Source: Ignavibacteriota bacterium
Lineage (GTDB): Bacteria; Bacteroidota; Ignavibacteria; SZUA-365
Reading direction: 5' to 3'
Length of the DNA stretch: 64,000 nucleotides
NCBI GenBank assembly: GCA_016218045.1
Contig: JACRFB010000063.1
Span: forward strand, 68,226 to 132,225
Shown one piece after another: positions 20,052 to 30,465 of the stretch. The position numbers and the translations under genes are program-made. The notes below the pieces were generated by a model. The model was not told the DNA's origin, did not search any database, and worked only from the letters and a program-made list of their open reading frames with translations. Positions within the stretch are counted from its first letter, which is position 1. Each line of letters opens with the position of its first letter.

Positions 20052-20573
20052 ATGGATCTCTGTCTCATCGGAAAGATCGTTGCAGTCCACGGCGTTGCCG
20101 GCGGACTGCGCGTTCAATCATACTCCGACCATCCCCGGCGTTTCACGACGCTGAAAAAGGTGTTGCTCGGATCGTCGGACGACTCCGTGTCGGAGAGGGC
20201 GGTGACGCGGAGCATCGACCGGGGAAAGGACGTGGTGCTCTTTCTCGAGGGCATCAACACACGCAACGATGCCGAGCGGCATATGGGCGAGAATCTTTTC
20301 ATCCCCGCGAACGAAATGCTGCCGCCGCCGGAGGGACGCATCTGGGTGCATGAACTTGTCGGTTGCGCCGTGGTAAGCACCGAAGGTGTGCCGCGCGGCG
20401 AAATCGTCGATGTGTTTCTGCGCCCCGCGCAGGATCTCTACCTCGTGCGCTTCGAGGGCCGCGAGGTGCTGCTGCCGGCCGTACCGGCCATCATCGAGTC
20501 GGTCGACACGGCCGCAAAACGCGTGACGGTGAACGATGTTCCGGGCCTGTTCGAGGACGCCGATGAGGATTGA
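20052..20573 (+). CDS. rimM: 16S rRNA processing protein RimM
   Basis: Internal start [28 protein letters not shown] is a typical RimM N-terminus. The upstream part of the ORF-track frame overlaps rpsP. Confidence 0.75.
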   Translation: MDLCLIGKIVAVHGVAGGLRVQSYSDHPRRFTTLKKVLLGSSDDSVSERAVTRSIDRGKDVVLFLEGINTRNDAERHMGENLFIPANEMLPPPEGRIWVHELVGCAVVSTEGVPRGEIVDVFLRPAQDLYLVRFEGREVLLPAVPAIIESVDTAAKRVTVNDVPGLFEDADED

Positions 20574-21258
20574 TATTCTCACCGGCTTCCCGTCGCTTTT
20601 TGTGGGTCCGCTCACGGAAAGCATTCTCAAGCGCGCGAGCGCAGCGGGCATCGTCGACATCGTGGTGCACGACCTGCGGAATTACGCGCACGATAAACAC
20701 CGCAGCATCGACGACTCTCCATACGGCGGCGGTGCCGGCATGGTGCTCAAACCCGAGCCCATCTTCGAATGTATGGATGCGCTACGCGCCGAGAGGACGT
20801 ATGACGAGGTGATACTCACCACCCCCGCGGGAGGCATGTACAGCCAGGCCGAAGCGAACGCGCTATCGATGACTGGCGCGATCGCCATCATCTGCGGACA
20901 TTACAAGGGTGTGGACGAGCGTGTGCGCGCGCAGCTCGTCACCAAGGAACTCTCGATCGGGGATTATGTGCTCACAGGCGGAGAGCTGGCCGCCATGGTG
21001 ATTGTGGATTCGGTGACACGACTCCTGCCGGGCGCCATCGGCGACGGAGAATCGATGTTGTCGGACTCGTTCATGGACGGTATTCTCGCGGCGCCGCAAT
21101 ACACACGGCCGCCCTCGTACCGCGGGCTCGATGTTCCCGAGCCGCTTCTCTCCGGCAATCATCGCGAGATCGCGCGCTGGCGCGAGGAGCAGGCCCAACG
21201 CCTGACGCGCGAACGCCGGCCGGATCTGCTCGGTGATTCCACATCCCCGCGCGGATGA
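20563..21258 (+). CDS. trmD: tRNA (guanine37-N1)-methyltransferase
   Basis: [17 protein letters not shown] plus the SPOUT knot region. 11-nt overlap with rimM. Confidence 0.85.
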   Translation: MRIDILTGFPSLFVGPLTESILKRASAAGIVDIVVHDLRNYAHDKHRSIDDSPYGGGAGMVLKPEPIFECMDALRAERTYDEVILTTPAGGMYSQAEANALSMTGAIAIICGHYKGVDERVRAQLVTKELSIGDYVLTGGELAAMVIVDSVTRLLPGAIGDGESMLSDSFMDGILAAPQYTRPPSYRGLDVPEPLLSGNHREIARWREEQAQRLTRERRPDLLGDSTSPRG

Positions 21259-21318
21259 ACTTCCAGAGTCGCAGGAATTTATTATCTTTGTACAGATTAG
21301 ACAGAAACAGGAGGCACA

Positions 21319-21657
21319 ATGAACAAAATCGATTTGCTTGAACAGTCGCTGATGAAGACGGATATACCGGCGTTTCATCCCGGCGATATCCTCAACGTCC
21401 ACGTCCGCGTCGTCGAAGGCGACAAGGAACGTATCCAGGAATATCAGGGCATCGTGATCGCGATCCGTGGCGAGGGCTTGAAAAAGACCTTCACCGTCCG
21501 CAAGATTTCCGACGGTGTCGGCGTCGAGCGTATCTTCCCGCTCCACTCGCCGTCGATCGCAAAGATCGTGAAAGTGCGCTCGGGCAACGTCCGTCGCGCG
21601 AAACTCTTCTATCTGCGCACGCTGGCCGCGAAGCAGGTCCGCGCAAAGACCACCTGA
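21319..21657 (+). CDS. rplS: 50S ribosomal protein L19
   Basis: [33 protein letters not shown]. Position after trmD is conserved. Confidence 0.9.
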   Translation: MNKIDLLEQSLMKTDIPAFHPGDILNVHVRVVEGDKERIQEYQGIVIAIRGEGLKKTFTVRKISDGVGVERIFPLHSPSIAKIVKVRSGNVRRAKLFYLRTLAAKQVRAKTT

Positions 21658-21678
21658 CACTCATTGTCGCCAGGGATC

Positions 21679-21710
21679 GAGAGACATGCCACGGCATGTC
21701 TCTCGTTTTT
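21679..21710 (+). terminator. Rho-independent terminator after rplS
   Basis: Perfect 12-bp arms GAGAGACATGCC / GGCATGTCTCTC followed by GTTTTT. Confidence 0.6.
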
Positions 21711-21727
21711 CTGACGGAGCCATCGCG

Positions 21728-22531
21728 ATGATCGCAGCGACGCTTGATTCCTGGAACGGTCCTCTGTTGGACGCGCTTGCGCGTGAGATGTCGGGCGGAG
21801 CGCCCGCGATCGCCTGTGTACCAGCCGCGGATGCCGCATGGCAACTCCTCGAGCAGCAGGTGACAATGGGGCTCGTGCATCCGCTGGTGGCGGGTCGGAA
21901 CACCGCGGAGCTGTCGCTCATCGAGAGGGCTGGAATTTTTGCGGTGGGACCCACGGGTGATTCGCTGCTCGTTTTTAATCCCGGTCTGCGTGACTTCTCG
22001 AGCATCGGCGTGCGCGCGCTCGACGATCCCGACTCCATTCTTGCCTCGGTTGTACTGCGCGAAAAATTCGACATGAGTCCTGTGCTTCGCCAGTACGACG
22101 GCCCGATCGACGACGCGCTGCGCCTGTGCGACGCGGTGCTCGTGACGGGCAGCGACGCTGTGGCGCGCGCGGAAGGCCGCGCAACGATCGACATCGTGGA
22201 CGAGTGGTACGATTTCACCGAACTCCCGTTCCCACGCGCCGTGGCGGCCGCGTGGAATCATCTCGTTACTCAACCTGAGGCGGACGCGCTGGTCCGCGCC
22301 GCGGCAACGGCCGACAGGCAGTCGTTGGACCTGCTCGAAGGGCGGATGAAGGACCAGGCGCTCGGTGACCTGATGCACCTCGTGCCGGGTCACTATCGGT
22401 ACACACTCGACGAGGACGCCCTCGAGGGCATGACCGAGTTTCTCCGCCTGGCGTTTTTGCACGGACTCTCGCGCGACATACCCACATTCAAATTCTGGAG
22501 CGAGCTCGGGGAAGACGCGTCCGTGTCTTGA
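21728..22531 (+). CDS. MqnA/MqnD-family (futalosine-pathway chorismate dehydratase-like) periplasmic-binding-fold protein; tentative
   Basis: Weak pattern similarity (GLVHPLVAGRNTAELSLIE, VGPTGDSLLVFNP, DAVLVTGSDAVA) to MqnA family proteins. The ORF-track ATG at 21686 lies inside the rplS terminator hairpin, so the next in-frame ATG was used. Confidence 0.3.
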   Translation: MIAATLDSWNGPLLDALAREMSGGAPAIACVPAADAAWQLLEQQVTMGLVHPLVAGRNTAELSLIERAGIFAVGPTGDSLLVFNPGLRDFSSIGVRALDDPDSILASVVLREKFDMSPVLRQYDGPIDDALRLCDAVLVTGSDAVARAEGRATIDIVDEWYDFTELPFPRAVAAAWNHLVTQPEADALVRAAATADRQSLDLLEGRMKDQALGDLMHLVPGHYRYTLDEDALEGMTEFLRLAFLHGLSRDIPTFKFWSELGEDASVS

Positions 22532-22582
22532 TCATCGTGCCTGAATCCTCTAATTTGAAAAGATGATTCCGTCCGCACAGAA

Positions 22583-24292
22583 ATGATCGCCGCACTCACG
22601 ATAAAACACTTCGCACTCATCGAGGAACTCCGCATCGAACTGGGGCACGGACTCACCGTGATCACAGGGGAGACAGGCGCGGGGAAGTCCATCGTGGTGG
22701 ACGCACTCGGTCTGGCACTCGGAGAAAGAGCCGATGCCGATTCTGTGAGGGACGGCGCGGCAAAAGCCGTTATCGAAGCCGAATTTCACGCGGCCGATCT
22801 GCGCTGGCTCGAGGCAGATCTCGCAGCGCTCGGAGTTGAATGGCAGGATCCGCTGATACTGCGCCGCGAGGTGGCCGCGAAGGGAAGCAGCCGCTGTTTC
22901 ATCAACGACTCGCCGGTGACCGTCAGCCAGCTCAAAAGCGTCGGAGACCGCCTCGTCGACATACACGGACAGCACGAGCATCAATCCCTGCTTCGGCCCG
23001 AAGCCCATCTCACGCTGCTCGACGCGTTCGGCGGGCATGCGCCGCTGCTCGAGACCTATGAGGAGGCCTACTCCGCGCTGTCCTCCGCCGCAAAGGATCT
23101 GGAGAAGGCATATCGCGATCGCGAACGACTCGAGGAACGCCGCGCCGTGCTCGACATGCACCTGCGTGAAATCGGAGCGGTCGATCCTCAATCCGGCGAG
23201 GATGACGACATCGAACGCGAGTTGCGCATCGCCGAGCACGCGGAAAAAATCGCGACTCTTGGCAACAACATACTCGGCGTGCTCTTCGACGGCGAACAGA
23301 ACGCAACCGACCAACTCGGGCGCGCGCGGCGTGATCTTGCGGACCTGACCGGCATAGATCCCGCGCTCGCCTCCCTCGAGCACGAACTCTCCTCCGCCGC
23401 AGCGGGCATCGACGAGACGGTGCGCACACTGCGCACGTACACCGAGACGATCGACTTCAGTCCTGCCCGCTGTGAGGCGCTGCGCACACGGCTCGCGGAA
23501 CTGCTGTCACTCAAACGGAAATACCGTTGCACGCTGCCGGAATTGCTGGACAAACGCGACGAGTTGCGCCGCGAGCGTGACAGTCTCGAGAACATCGATG
23601 CGACGATCGAGACACTTCAAGCGCAGTTGCGCACGCAGCGCGCTGACGCATCGGAGAAGGCGGAGGCCCTGACCGCGGCGCGCACCCGCGCTGCGGGCAC
23701 ACTCGGCAAGGATGTCGCCCGCGCCCTCAAGGACCTGGGCATACAACGCGCACGTTTCGAGACGCGCATCGAACAACGCGCCGCCGATACGGAACCCTTT
23801 CTCGAGTACAACGGACGCCGCGTGCAGGCGCGTCCCGACGGCGCCGATGCCGCCGAATTCTATCTCTCCGCGAATGTCGGCGAGGATGTGCGCCCGCTCG
23901 CAAAGGTTGCGTCCGGCGGCGAAGTCTCCCGCATCATGCTCGCGATGAAGTCGCTTTTTGCAGGCCGATCGCCCGTGCCCGTCATGGTGTTCGACGAGAT
24001 CGACACGGGAGTCAGCGGCGCGGTGGCCCACAAGGTCGGCCGCGCGATGCACGACCTTGCGCGCCGTCACCAGATCCTCGCCATCACGCATCTGCCGCAA
24101 ATAGCGGCCGCAGGTGCCGGGCATCTAGTTGTCGAGAAGGTGGTGCACGGAGCGCGCACATCCACTCACGTGCGCCGGCTCGAGACGTCGGAGCGCGAAC
24201 ACGAAATCGCGCGCCTTATCAGCGGCGACCATGTCACCCCAGCGGCGGAGCGCACCGCGCGCGATCTGCTCGCGGATTTTCGAACCGGATAA
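22583..24292 (+). CDS. recN: DNA repair protein RecN
   Basis: N-terminal Walker A ITGETGAGKSIVVDALGLALGERAD, long coiled-coil, C-terminal signature/Walker B. Confidence 0.85.
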   Translation: MIAALTIKHFALIEELRIELGHGLTVITGETGAGKSIVVDALGLALGERADADSVRDGAAKAVIEAEFHAADLRWLEADLAALGVEWQDPLILRREVAAKGSSRCFINDSPVTVSQLKSVGDRLVDIHGQHEHQSLLRPEAHLTLLDAFGGHAPLLETYEEAYSALSSAAKDLEKAYRDRERLEERRAVLDMHLREIGAVDPQSGEDDDIERELRIAEHAEKIATLGNNILGVLFDGEQNATDQLGRARRDLADLTGIDPALASLEHELSSAAAGIDETVRTLRTYTETIDFSPARCEALRTRLAELLSLKRKYRCTLPELLDKRDELRRERDSLENIDATIETLQAQLRTQRADASEKAEALTAARTRAAGTLGKDVARALKDLGIQRARFETRIEQRAADTEPFLEYNGRRVQARPDGADAAEFYLSANVGEDVRPLAKVASGGEVSRIMLAMKSLFAGRSPVPVMVFDEIDTGVSGAVAHKVGRAMHDLARRHQILAITHLPQIAAAGAGHLVVEKVVHGARTSTHVRRLETSEREHEIARLISGDHVTPAAERTARDLLADFRTG

Positions 24293-24298
24293 CAGACC

Positions 24299-25699
24299 AT
24301 GCCCATCACCGTTTACAACACCCTCACACGGAAACTCGAATCCTTCAGACCCATGGTGGACGGTGAGGTGCGCATGTACACCTGCGGTCCCACCGTGTAC
24401 GACTACTTCCACATCGGCAATGCGCGCACCTTCGTGATGTCGGATGTCATCCGCAGGTATCTCCAGTACCGCGGGTATCATGTTACCTACGTGATGAACA
24501 TCACCGATATCGACGACCGCATCATCGCGCGGTCGATCGAGCGCTCGGTCGCCGCGTCGCAGGTGTCGGACGAGTATGCCGCGGCGTTTCTCGAGGATTG
24601 TGCCGCGATCGGCATACGACCAGCCGACGTGCATCCGCGCGCGACCGACAACGTCGGCGCGATCATCACTCACATACAGAGTCTTATCGACACGGGCTCG
24701 GCCTATGAATGCGAAGGAGACGTGTATTTCCGTGTCAGCGCGTTTCCCGGATACGGAAAATTAAGCGGCAAGAAACTCGAGGATCTCATAGCGGGAGCAC
24801 GGGTCGAGGCGGATACGCGCAAGGAAAATCCCGCCGATTTTGCGCTGTGGAAAACCGCGAAGCCGGGCGAACCCTGGTGGGATTCGCCTTGGGGCAAAGG
24901 GCGGCCCGGCTGGCACATCGAGTGTTCGGTGATGTCGATGCAGCATCTCGGTCCATCCTTCGACATCCACGCCGGTGGCAACGACCTGATCTTTCCGCAT
25001 CACGAAAACGAGATCGCTCAGAGCGAGGCATTGACCCATGTGCCGCTGGCGCACACATGGATTCACTTCGGCTTTCTGAACATCGACAACGAAAAGATGT
25101 CGAAGTCGCTCGGGAATTTCTTCACCACCCGCGAGATCCTGCAGAAGTACCCGGCCACGACCGTGCGTTTCTTCTATCTCCAGACGCAGTATCGCAGTCC
25201 GTTGAATTTCACGCAGGAGGGTCTCGACGCCGCGCGGACCGGCCTGGCCCGGCTCCACACCCTGTATGCGGCGCTGCGGAATGCGCCCGACGGCAGCGGC
25301 GAATGCGCCATCGGTCCCTACGAGGAACGTTTCATCGAAGCGGTCGACAACGATTTCAACACACCCGCGGGCCTCGCCGTCATCTTCGATTTTGCGCGCG
25401 AGGCGAACGCCGTGTTGCATGACGCCGAGGGCATGTCGCGCGAGGCGCAGCAGGCCTGCAGCGATTTCCTGACGCGAACAGCGGGGGATGTATTCGGCAT
25501 ACTGCCGAGCGACGACGTGACGGCCGACGGATCGGGAGACGTACACGGCCTCATGGAGCTTATCCTCGGCATCCGTGCGAAAGTGCGCGCCGAAAAACAA
25601 TGGGCCCTCGCCGATTACATCCGCGACGGCCTCAAGGAACTCGGCATCGTGGTGGAAGACGGCAAAGGAGGTAGCACATGGAAGAAGGAGACGCCATGA
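24299..25699 (+). CDS. cysS: Cysteine--tRNA ligase
   Basis: HIGNARTF (HIGH motif) and KMSKSLGN. Confidence 0.9.
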   Translation: MPITVYNTLTRKLESFRPMVDGEVRMYTCGPTVYDYFHIGNARTFVMSDVIRRYLQYRGYHVTYVMNITDIDDRIIARSIERSVAASQVSDEYAAAFLEDCAAIGIRPADVHPRATDNVGAIITHIQSLIDTGSAYECEGDVYFRVSAFPGYGKLSGKKLEDLIAGARVEADTRKENPADFALWKTAKPGEPWWDSPWGKGRPGWHIECSVMSMQHLGPSFDIHAGGNDLIFPHHENEIAQSEALTHVPLAHTWIHFGFLNIDNEKMSKSLGNFFTTREILQKYPATTVRFFYLQTQYRSPLNFTQEGLDAARTGLARLHTLYAALRNAPDGSGECAIGPYEERFIEAVDNDFNTPAGLAVIFDFAREANAVLHDAEGMSREAQQACSDFLTRTAGDVFGILPSDDVTADGSGDVHGLMELILGIRAKVRAEKQWALADYIRDGLKELGIVVEDGKGGSTWKKETP

Positions 25700-25718
25700 T
25701 ACATAGTCGCATTCCGCG

Positions 25719-26240
25719 ATGGGGGACAGCATGAGCGCACAGTTTCTTTGGGAGAATTATTTCCGGCCGCGCGAGAAGGACGACATATTCGCCCTTCTCA
25801 AACGCCTGCCCATCTTCGAGTCGCTGTCGCAGCGGCAGCTTCGACTGGTGGAACGGATCCTGCACCGCCGGAACTATCTGGAGGGAGAGAAGGTGTTTCA
25901 AGAGGGGGACAGCGGCTCCGCGATGTACATCATCGAAAGTGGGGAAGTGGTGATGCATGCTGGCAAGTCCGAACAGGAAATCGCGCGGTTGCACGACGGT
26001 GACTTTTTCGGTGAGATCAGCCTGCTTGTGGATCAACCGCGCAGCGCGACGGCGCGGACCGTCCGCGACACCAAACTCATCGCGTTCTCACAACCGGACC
26101 TGCTGTCGCTGCTCGAGACGCAGCCCCGGCTCGGCATCGTCGTCGTGATGCAGCTTGCGCGCATCCTCGCGGAACGTCTGCAGCACGCGACCGTCGACAA
26201 CCGCGTGTTGCACGACCGGCTCGCAGAGTTCGGGCAGTAG
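25719..26240 (+). CDS. Cyclic-nucleotide-binding domain protein (stand-alone cNMP-binding, no HTH)
   Basis: FFGEISLL...RSATART cNMP-binding signature. 173 aa, with no DNA-binding domain. Confidence 0.55.
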   Translation: MGDSMSAQFLWENYFRPREKDDIFALLKRLPIFESLSQRQLRLVERILHRRNYLEGEKVFQEGDSGSAMYIIESGEVVMHAGKSEQEIARLHDGDFFGEISLLVDQPRSATARTVRDTKLIAFSQPDLLSLLETQPRLGIVVVMQLARILAERLQHATVDNRVLHDRLAEFGQ

Positions 26241-26249
26241 GAGACCGCA

Positions 26250-27296
26250 GTGTCCGCAAACACGAAGGTCCTCGTCCTTCTCCTGCTCCTCGCCTTGGGG
26301 GCCGCGGTGATGTACACCGTGTTCACGATCGGCGCCATCGTGGCGCTCTTTCTGCTCTCGCTGCTTTTCGCCTTTATCTTGTCGCCCGCGGTGAGCTGGT
26401 GCGAGCGGCAGGGCATACCGCGCACACTGTCCGCTGTGGTGGTGTTTGTTCTCTTTTTTGGCGGTGTCACGACATTGCTGTACGTGCTGGCACCGTTTCT
26501 GTACGAGGAAGTCTCGCGTCTGCAGGAAATCATCACCGTGGGTCAGTTGCGCCGCGGCGTGCGCGACATGGAGGTGTTCCTCAGTCGTCAGCTCTCGGTC
26601 CTCGGCGTGCGCCGCCTGCATGTGGCGCCGAAGGTGGAGGAGTGGGTCGGCGTCCTGTTCGACAATCTCATCGGTATCGCATCGGGCGTGGTTGGCATCG
26701 TGCTGTTCCTCGTCATGATGCTGATATCCACCTTCTTTCTGCTCAAGGATTCGCGTTCGTTAAAACGCGTGTTTGTGGAACTCGTCCCGAACCGTTTTTT
26801 TGAAGTGACGCTGAATGTGCTGCACAAGATCGAGTGGTCACTGGGCGCGTATCTGCGCGGAATTCTGCTCGATGCGCTCGCCATCGGCGTCCTCACAACG
26901 TTTGCGCTCTGGCTCATCGACCTGCCATCCTTTTTCCTCGTGGGACTTATCGCGGCGGCGGCGAATCTCGTGCCGTATCTGGGTCCGCCCACCGCGGGAT
27001 GTATCGCGATGGTGATATCCGTCATGTCCCGTGGCGATTTCGAGCAGGTTCCCATCATCATTCTCGTGTTTTCACTGATACGTCTCATCGACGATGCCAT
27101 CGTGCAACCGCTCACGATATCCGCCAGCGTGCGGCTGCATCCGCTCATAATCATTTTCGCGCTCCTCATTGGCGGACAGTTGTTCGGCATCATCGGGATG
27201 CTGTTTGCGGTGCCCGCCGTCGGTGTGCTCAAGGTGTTCATGACCGAAGTGTACGCGGGGATGAACCGTTACAGGCCCTCGCATGAATCCCGATAA
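26250..27296 (+). CDS. AI-2E family transporter (PerM/YhhT-like, UPF0118)
   Basis: Eight predicted TM helices. Conserved VPYLGP segment (NLVPYLGPPTAG). Confidence 0.65.
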   Translation: MSANTKVLVLLLLLALGAAVMYTVFTIGAIVALFLLSLLFAFILSPAVSWCERQGIPRTLSAVVVFVLFFGGVTTLLYVLAPFLYEEVSRLQEIITVGQLRRGVRDMEVFLSRQLSVLGVRRLHVAPKVEEWVGVLFDNLIGIASGVVGIVLFLVMMLISTFFLLKDSRSLKRVFVELVPNRFFEVTLNVLHKIEWSLGAYLRGILLDALAIGVLTTFALWLIDLPSFFLVGLIAAAANLVPYLGPPTAGCIAMVISVMSRGDFEQVPIIILVFSLIRLIDDAIVQPLTISASVRLHPLIIIFALLIGGQLFGIIGMLFAVPAVGVLKVFMTEVYAGMNRYRPSHESR

Positions 27297-28740
27297 ATCC
27301 GGCACAGAGGAACAGGACGGTGCGGAAGCGCCGGTGAATTTTCAATACGGCGACATACTCGAGCTCGATGTGGATCGCGCCGCGTTCGAGGGGCGCGCCG
27401 TGGGGCGGGCTCACGGACTGGTGGTGTTCGTCGAGGGCGCGGTGCCCGGCGACAGGGTCAGGGCGCGTGTGTTCCGCGCGAAGAAGCAGTTTGTCGAAGC
27501 GCGGGCCGTCGAAATTCTGCGTCCCTCGCCCGAGCGTGTTGATCCGCGCTGCGCGCACTTTGGTGTGTGCGGCGGCTGCAGTTGGCAGCATATGCGTTAC
27601 GAGGCGCAAGCCGCATGGAAGCGCACACATGTCGCCGACGCATTCGAGCGCATAGGAGGATTTCAAAACTTGGATGTGCGCGCGACGCTCGAGGCGGAGG
27701 ACGTCTGGTACTACCGGAATAAGATGGAGTATTCCTTCGGGGAGAAGCGCTGGCTGCTCGCCGTCGACCGCGAGCAGGACACACCGTCGGAGCCGTTCGC
27801 CGTCGGCCTGCACGTGCCCGGGCGTTATGATAAAATTCTGCACATCGACGCGTGCCATCTGCAGTCGCCCGAGAGCAACAGCATCCTCGCGGCAACACGG
27901 TCCCACTATCGTGCGCACGGCATCCGCGCGTTTTCCACCGAGACACATTCGGGCGACCTGCGCCATCTCGTGATCCGCGAGGCGAAGAACACCGGACAGC
28001 GCATGGTGTTCCTCGTGACGTCGGGTGCGAACGAGGATCTCGCCGCCGAGCTGGCCCGTATCCTAGCCGCGCCGGAATTCGGTGTCACAACATTTGTGCA
28101 TGGCGTGACGAACAGAAAATCCTCGGTTGCCATCGCCGATCGCGAACAGGTGTATTTCGGGGACGGCCGCATCACGGAACGTCTCGGCGATTGCACCTAC
28201 TTCATTTCCCCGTCCTCGTTCTTCCAGAGCAACACGCGACAGGCCGAACGGCTCTACGCCTGCGCGGCGGACTTTGCCGACCTGCGTCCGGAAGACGACG
28301 TGTGGGATCTGTACTGCGGTGCGGGCACCATCAGTCTTTTCATCGCGCCGCGTGTGCGGTCGGTTCTTGGCGTGGAGATGAACGAGGCGGCCGTGCGCGA
28401 CGCTATCGACAATGCCGCGCGCAATGGCCGGCAGAACACACGTTTTATCGCGGCGGATCTGCGCGCCTTCATCCAGGATACCGGACGCGAGGCGGCGCCC
28501 GACGTCGTCATTCTCGATCCGCCGCGTTCGGGCCTGCATCCCGACGTCGCGGCGGCACTCGCGCGGCTCGACACCGAACGCCTCGTGTACGTGAGCTGCA
28601 ATCCGGCCACGGCAGCGCGCGATTGCGCCGTGCTGGCCGCGGGCGGCTACACGGTGGAGGCGATCGCGCCCGTCGACATGTTCCCCCACACGTACCACAT
28701 CGAGTGTGTCATCCGGCTTCGCAGAAAGACCGGCGCCTGA
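27283..28740 (+). CDS. rlmD: 23S rRNA (uracil-5-)-methyltransferase RlmD/RumA family (TRAM + 4Fe-4S + SAM MTase)
   Basis: TRAM N-terminus. Cys cluster CAHFGVCGGCSWQH. C-terminal MTase with catalytic VSCNP. Confidence 0.75.
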   Translation: MNPDKSGTEEQDGAEAPVNFQYGDILELDVDRAAFEGRAVGRAHGLVVFVEGAVPGDRVRARVFRAKKQFVEARAVEILRPSPERVDPRCAHFGVCGGCSWQHMRYEAQAAWKRTHVADAFERIGGFQNLDVRATLEAEDVWYYRNKMEYSFGEKRWLLAVDREQDTPSEPFAVGLHVPGRYDKILHIDACHLQSPESNSILAATRSHYRAHGIRAFSTETHSGDLRHLVIREAKNTGQRMVFLVTSGANEDLAAELARILAAPEFGVTTFVHGVTNRKSSVAIADREQVYFGDGRITERLGDCTYFISPSSFFQSNTRQAERLYACAADFADLRPEDDVWDLYCGAGTISLFIAPRVRSVLGVEMNEAAVRDAIDNAARNGRQNTRFIAADLRAFIQDTGREAAPDVVILDPPRSGLHPDVAAALARLDTERLVYVSCNPATAARDCAVLAAGGYTVEAIAPVDMFPHTYHIECVIRLRRKTGA

Positions 28741-30465
28741 TCACCGACCGTCGCGTTCCGCGGGACGGAATATTCGGACAGGTGGGTCAGTAATAGACAG
28801 ACTGTCGGTGACCCACGTGCCCTCGGGGTTTGCGCGCGGCGAACGCACGATGATGCGGCGTTCCTCGCGTGTGCCGGGAGGCGCGGGCGGGAAGCTGTGG
28901 TTGCGATGAATCTCGATGCTGGTGTCGAAACGGACGCCGGGCGGCAGCGGCGCCTCGGTCGATCCGTTCCACTGGAACTTGAAACCCGGAATTGCTTCGA
29001 GCGATTTCTCGACGAGCGAGTCGACATCCATGTCGATATTCACACTTCCGTTCCCGTCGTGCATCACACGTATCTGCATGCGACGGGAGGGCAGAGAGGC
29101 GTCGGGGCGTGGCGTCGCAGGAGGACGCGGGCTTCTGGCTCGCACCACCACACGTGTGTCCTGACGGGTGGTCGGCGTGCGGTCGATATAGAGCGTCAGT
29201 CCGTTTTCATCGGGTGTTGCAACAACGCCGCGGACAACCACATGCAGGTCTTGCTCGACCTCGCTCAACGATTCCTCGATCAGATGGAGACTCTTTTCGT
29301 ACTCGCGTCCCGTGGCGGCATACTCGCGCGCGCTGCGTTCGACGAACCGCGCCACATCCTCGCTGCGTGAGATGTTCGTCACACGCTGCAGCGTGACCGA
29401 GTTCTGCAGTTCGCGCGCGTATCTGCGGCGCACGTCCTCGAAACGTGTCGTGATCGAGGGGATGGGCTGCGGTGTCGCAAGCATCGTTTCGCGCAGACTG
29501 TCGAGATCCACCGTCAGCGGAACGAGTTCCACCGCGGCGTCACGGAGATACACGAACTGCTGCGGCTGCCCTTCGACGCGGATGCGGCTGTACAGCTCGG
29601 CCGGCGGCGGCGGCGGTACTGCCGCTGTTTCCTCGATACTGTACGCGGCATCCCGTGTGCGGAGGAAGCGATCGAGCCGGATGCGCTGCGCGGGTTCGAG
29701 GGACGAGGCCAGCGTGCCGAGTATCGTTGCATGGAGATGCGTCACGGACGGATCGATCGCCACATCACGTTCACGTCCCATGAGCACGACGGATTCGAGG
29801 CGCTGTTGCGCGAGCAGGAGCACGGAATCCATGATGCGCTGCTGCGTCGGAGTGGCGCGCACCTCGCGATACAGATCCTCGACCGTGATACGAGGCGACA
29901 TGGCGCGATCGTTCTTTCCGAGTTCGATACGGTAGGCGCGCGATGAATCCTGCTCGATGCGGAGCACGGAGGACTGCTGCTCGTCGAGCGGCAGCGTGCC
30001 GTACATTGCGAATTGCAGGACGCGGTCCTTGTCGGTCTTTTCGAACAGCGGCATTATCCATTCACCGCCCATGGTCTCCTGATACGCGAGCTGCACTTCC
30101 TCGCCTTTGCGCGAGAGATATCCGGCGATGGTATCGCGGTTCCAGTATGCCCATGCTCCGCCCGCCAGGACGAGCGCCAGGACGGCGACGGAAAATGCGG
30201 CCCGGAAACGGAGAGGAATGTCGGGGAAAAGTTCTGTGCCGCGTTCCTTCCGCACCTCGATGTTTTCGCGGAGACGAGGCCAGAAGGTCGGGTCTTCCAT
30301 AATGGCAGGCATGCGGCGCAGTATGAAGCCGGGATCATTCTGTTCCGGATCCGTGCCGGTGCCGATCGCTGATGCACCGGCAGTCCGCATCGTGTCGTCG
30401 TTTTCGGGAAGAGGACCGGATCCGCTTCGCGGAGTGTCGAGGTTCATGTCGTCACCGGGTTTCAT
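28741..30465 (-). CDS. Putative anti-sigma factor / large single-pass membrane protein co-transcribed with ECF sigma
   Basis: ATGA overlap with the upstream sigma gene. One TM helix (FSVAVLALVLAGGAWAYW) after about 90 cytoplasmic residues. About 450-aa extracytoplasmic region with no recognisable domain. Confidence 0.35.
   Translation of the reverse strand: MKPGDDMNLDTPRSGSGPLPENDDTMRTAGASAIGTGTDPEQNDPGFILRRMPAIMEDPTFWPRLRENIEVRKERGTELFPDIPLRFRAAFSVAVLALVLAGGAWAYWNRDTIAGYLSRKGEEVQLAYQETMGGEWIMPLFEKTDKDRVLQFAMYGTLPLDEQQSSVLRIEQDSSRAYRIELGKNDRAMSPRITVEDLYREVRATPTQQRIMDSVLLLAQQRLESVVLMGRERDVAIDPSVTHLHATILGTLASSLEPAQRIRLDRFLRTRDAAYSIEETAAVPPPPPAELYSRIRVEGQPQQFVYLRDAAVELVPLTVDLDSLRETMLATPQPIPSITTRFEDVRRRYARELQNSVTLQRVTNISRSEDVARFVERSAREYAATGREYEKSLHLIEESLSEVEQDLHVVVRGVVATPDENGLTLYIDRTPTTRQDTRVVVRARSPRPPATPRPDASLPSRRMQIRVMHDGNGSVNIDMDVDSLVEKSLEAIPGFKFQWNGSTEAPLPPGVRFDTSIEIHRNHSFPPAPPGTREERRIIVRSPRANPEGTWVTDSLSITDPPVRIFRPAERDGR

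Noticed and set aside
22583-24292. RecN considered as an SMC-like defence (for example Wadjet or Lamassu) component
   Set aside because: Domain layout, size and its position before cysS in a housekeeping block fit canonical RecN. No partner defence genes are adjacent.
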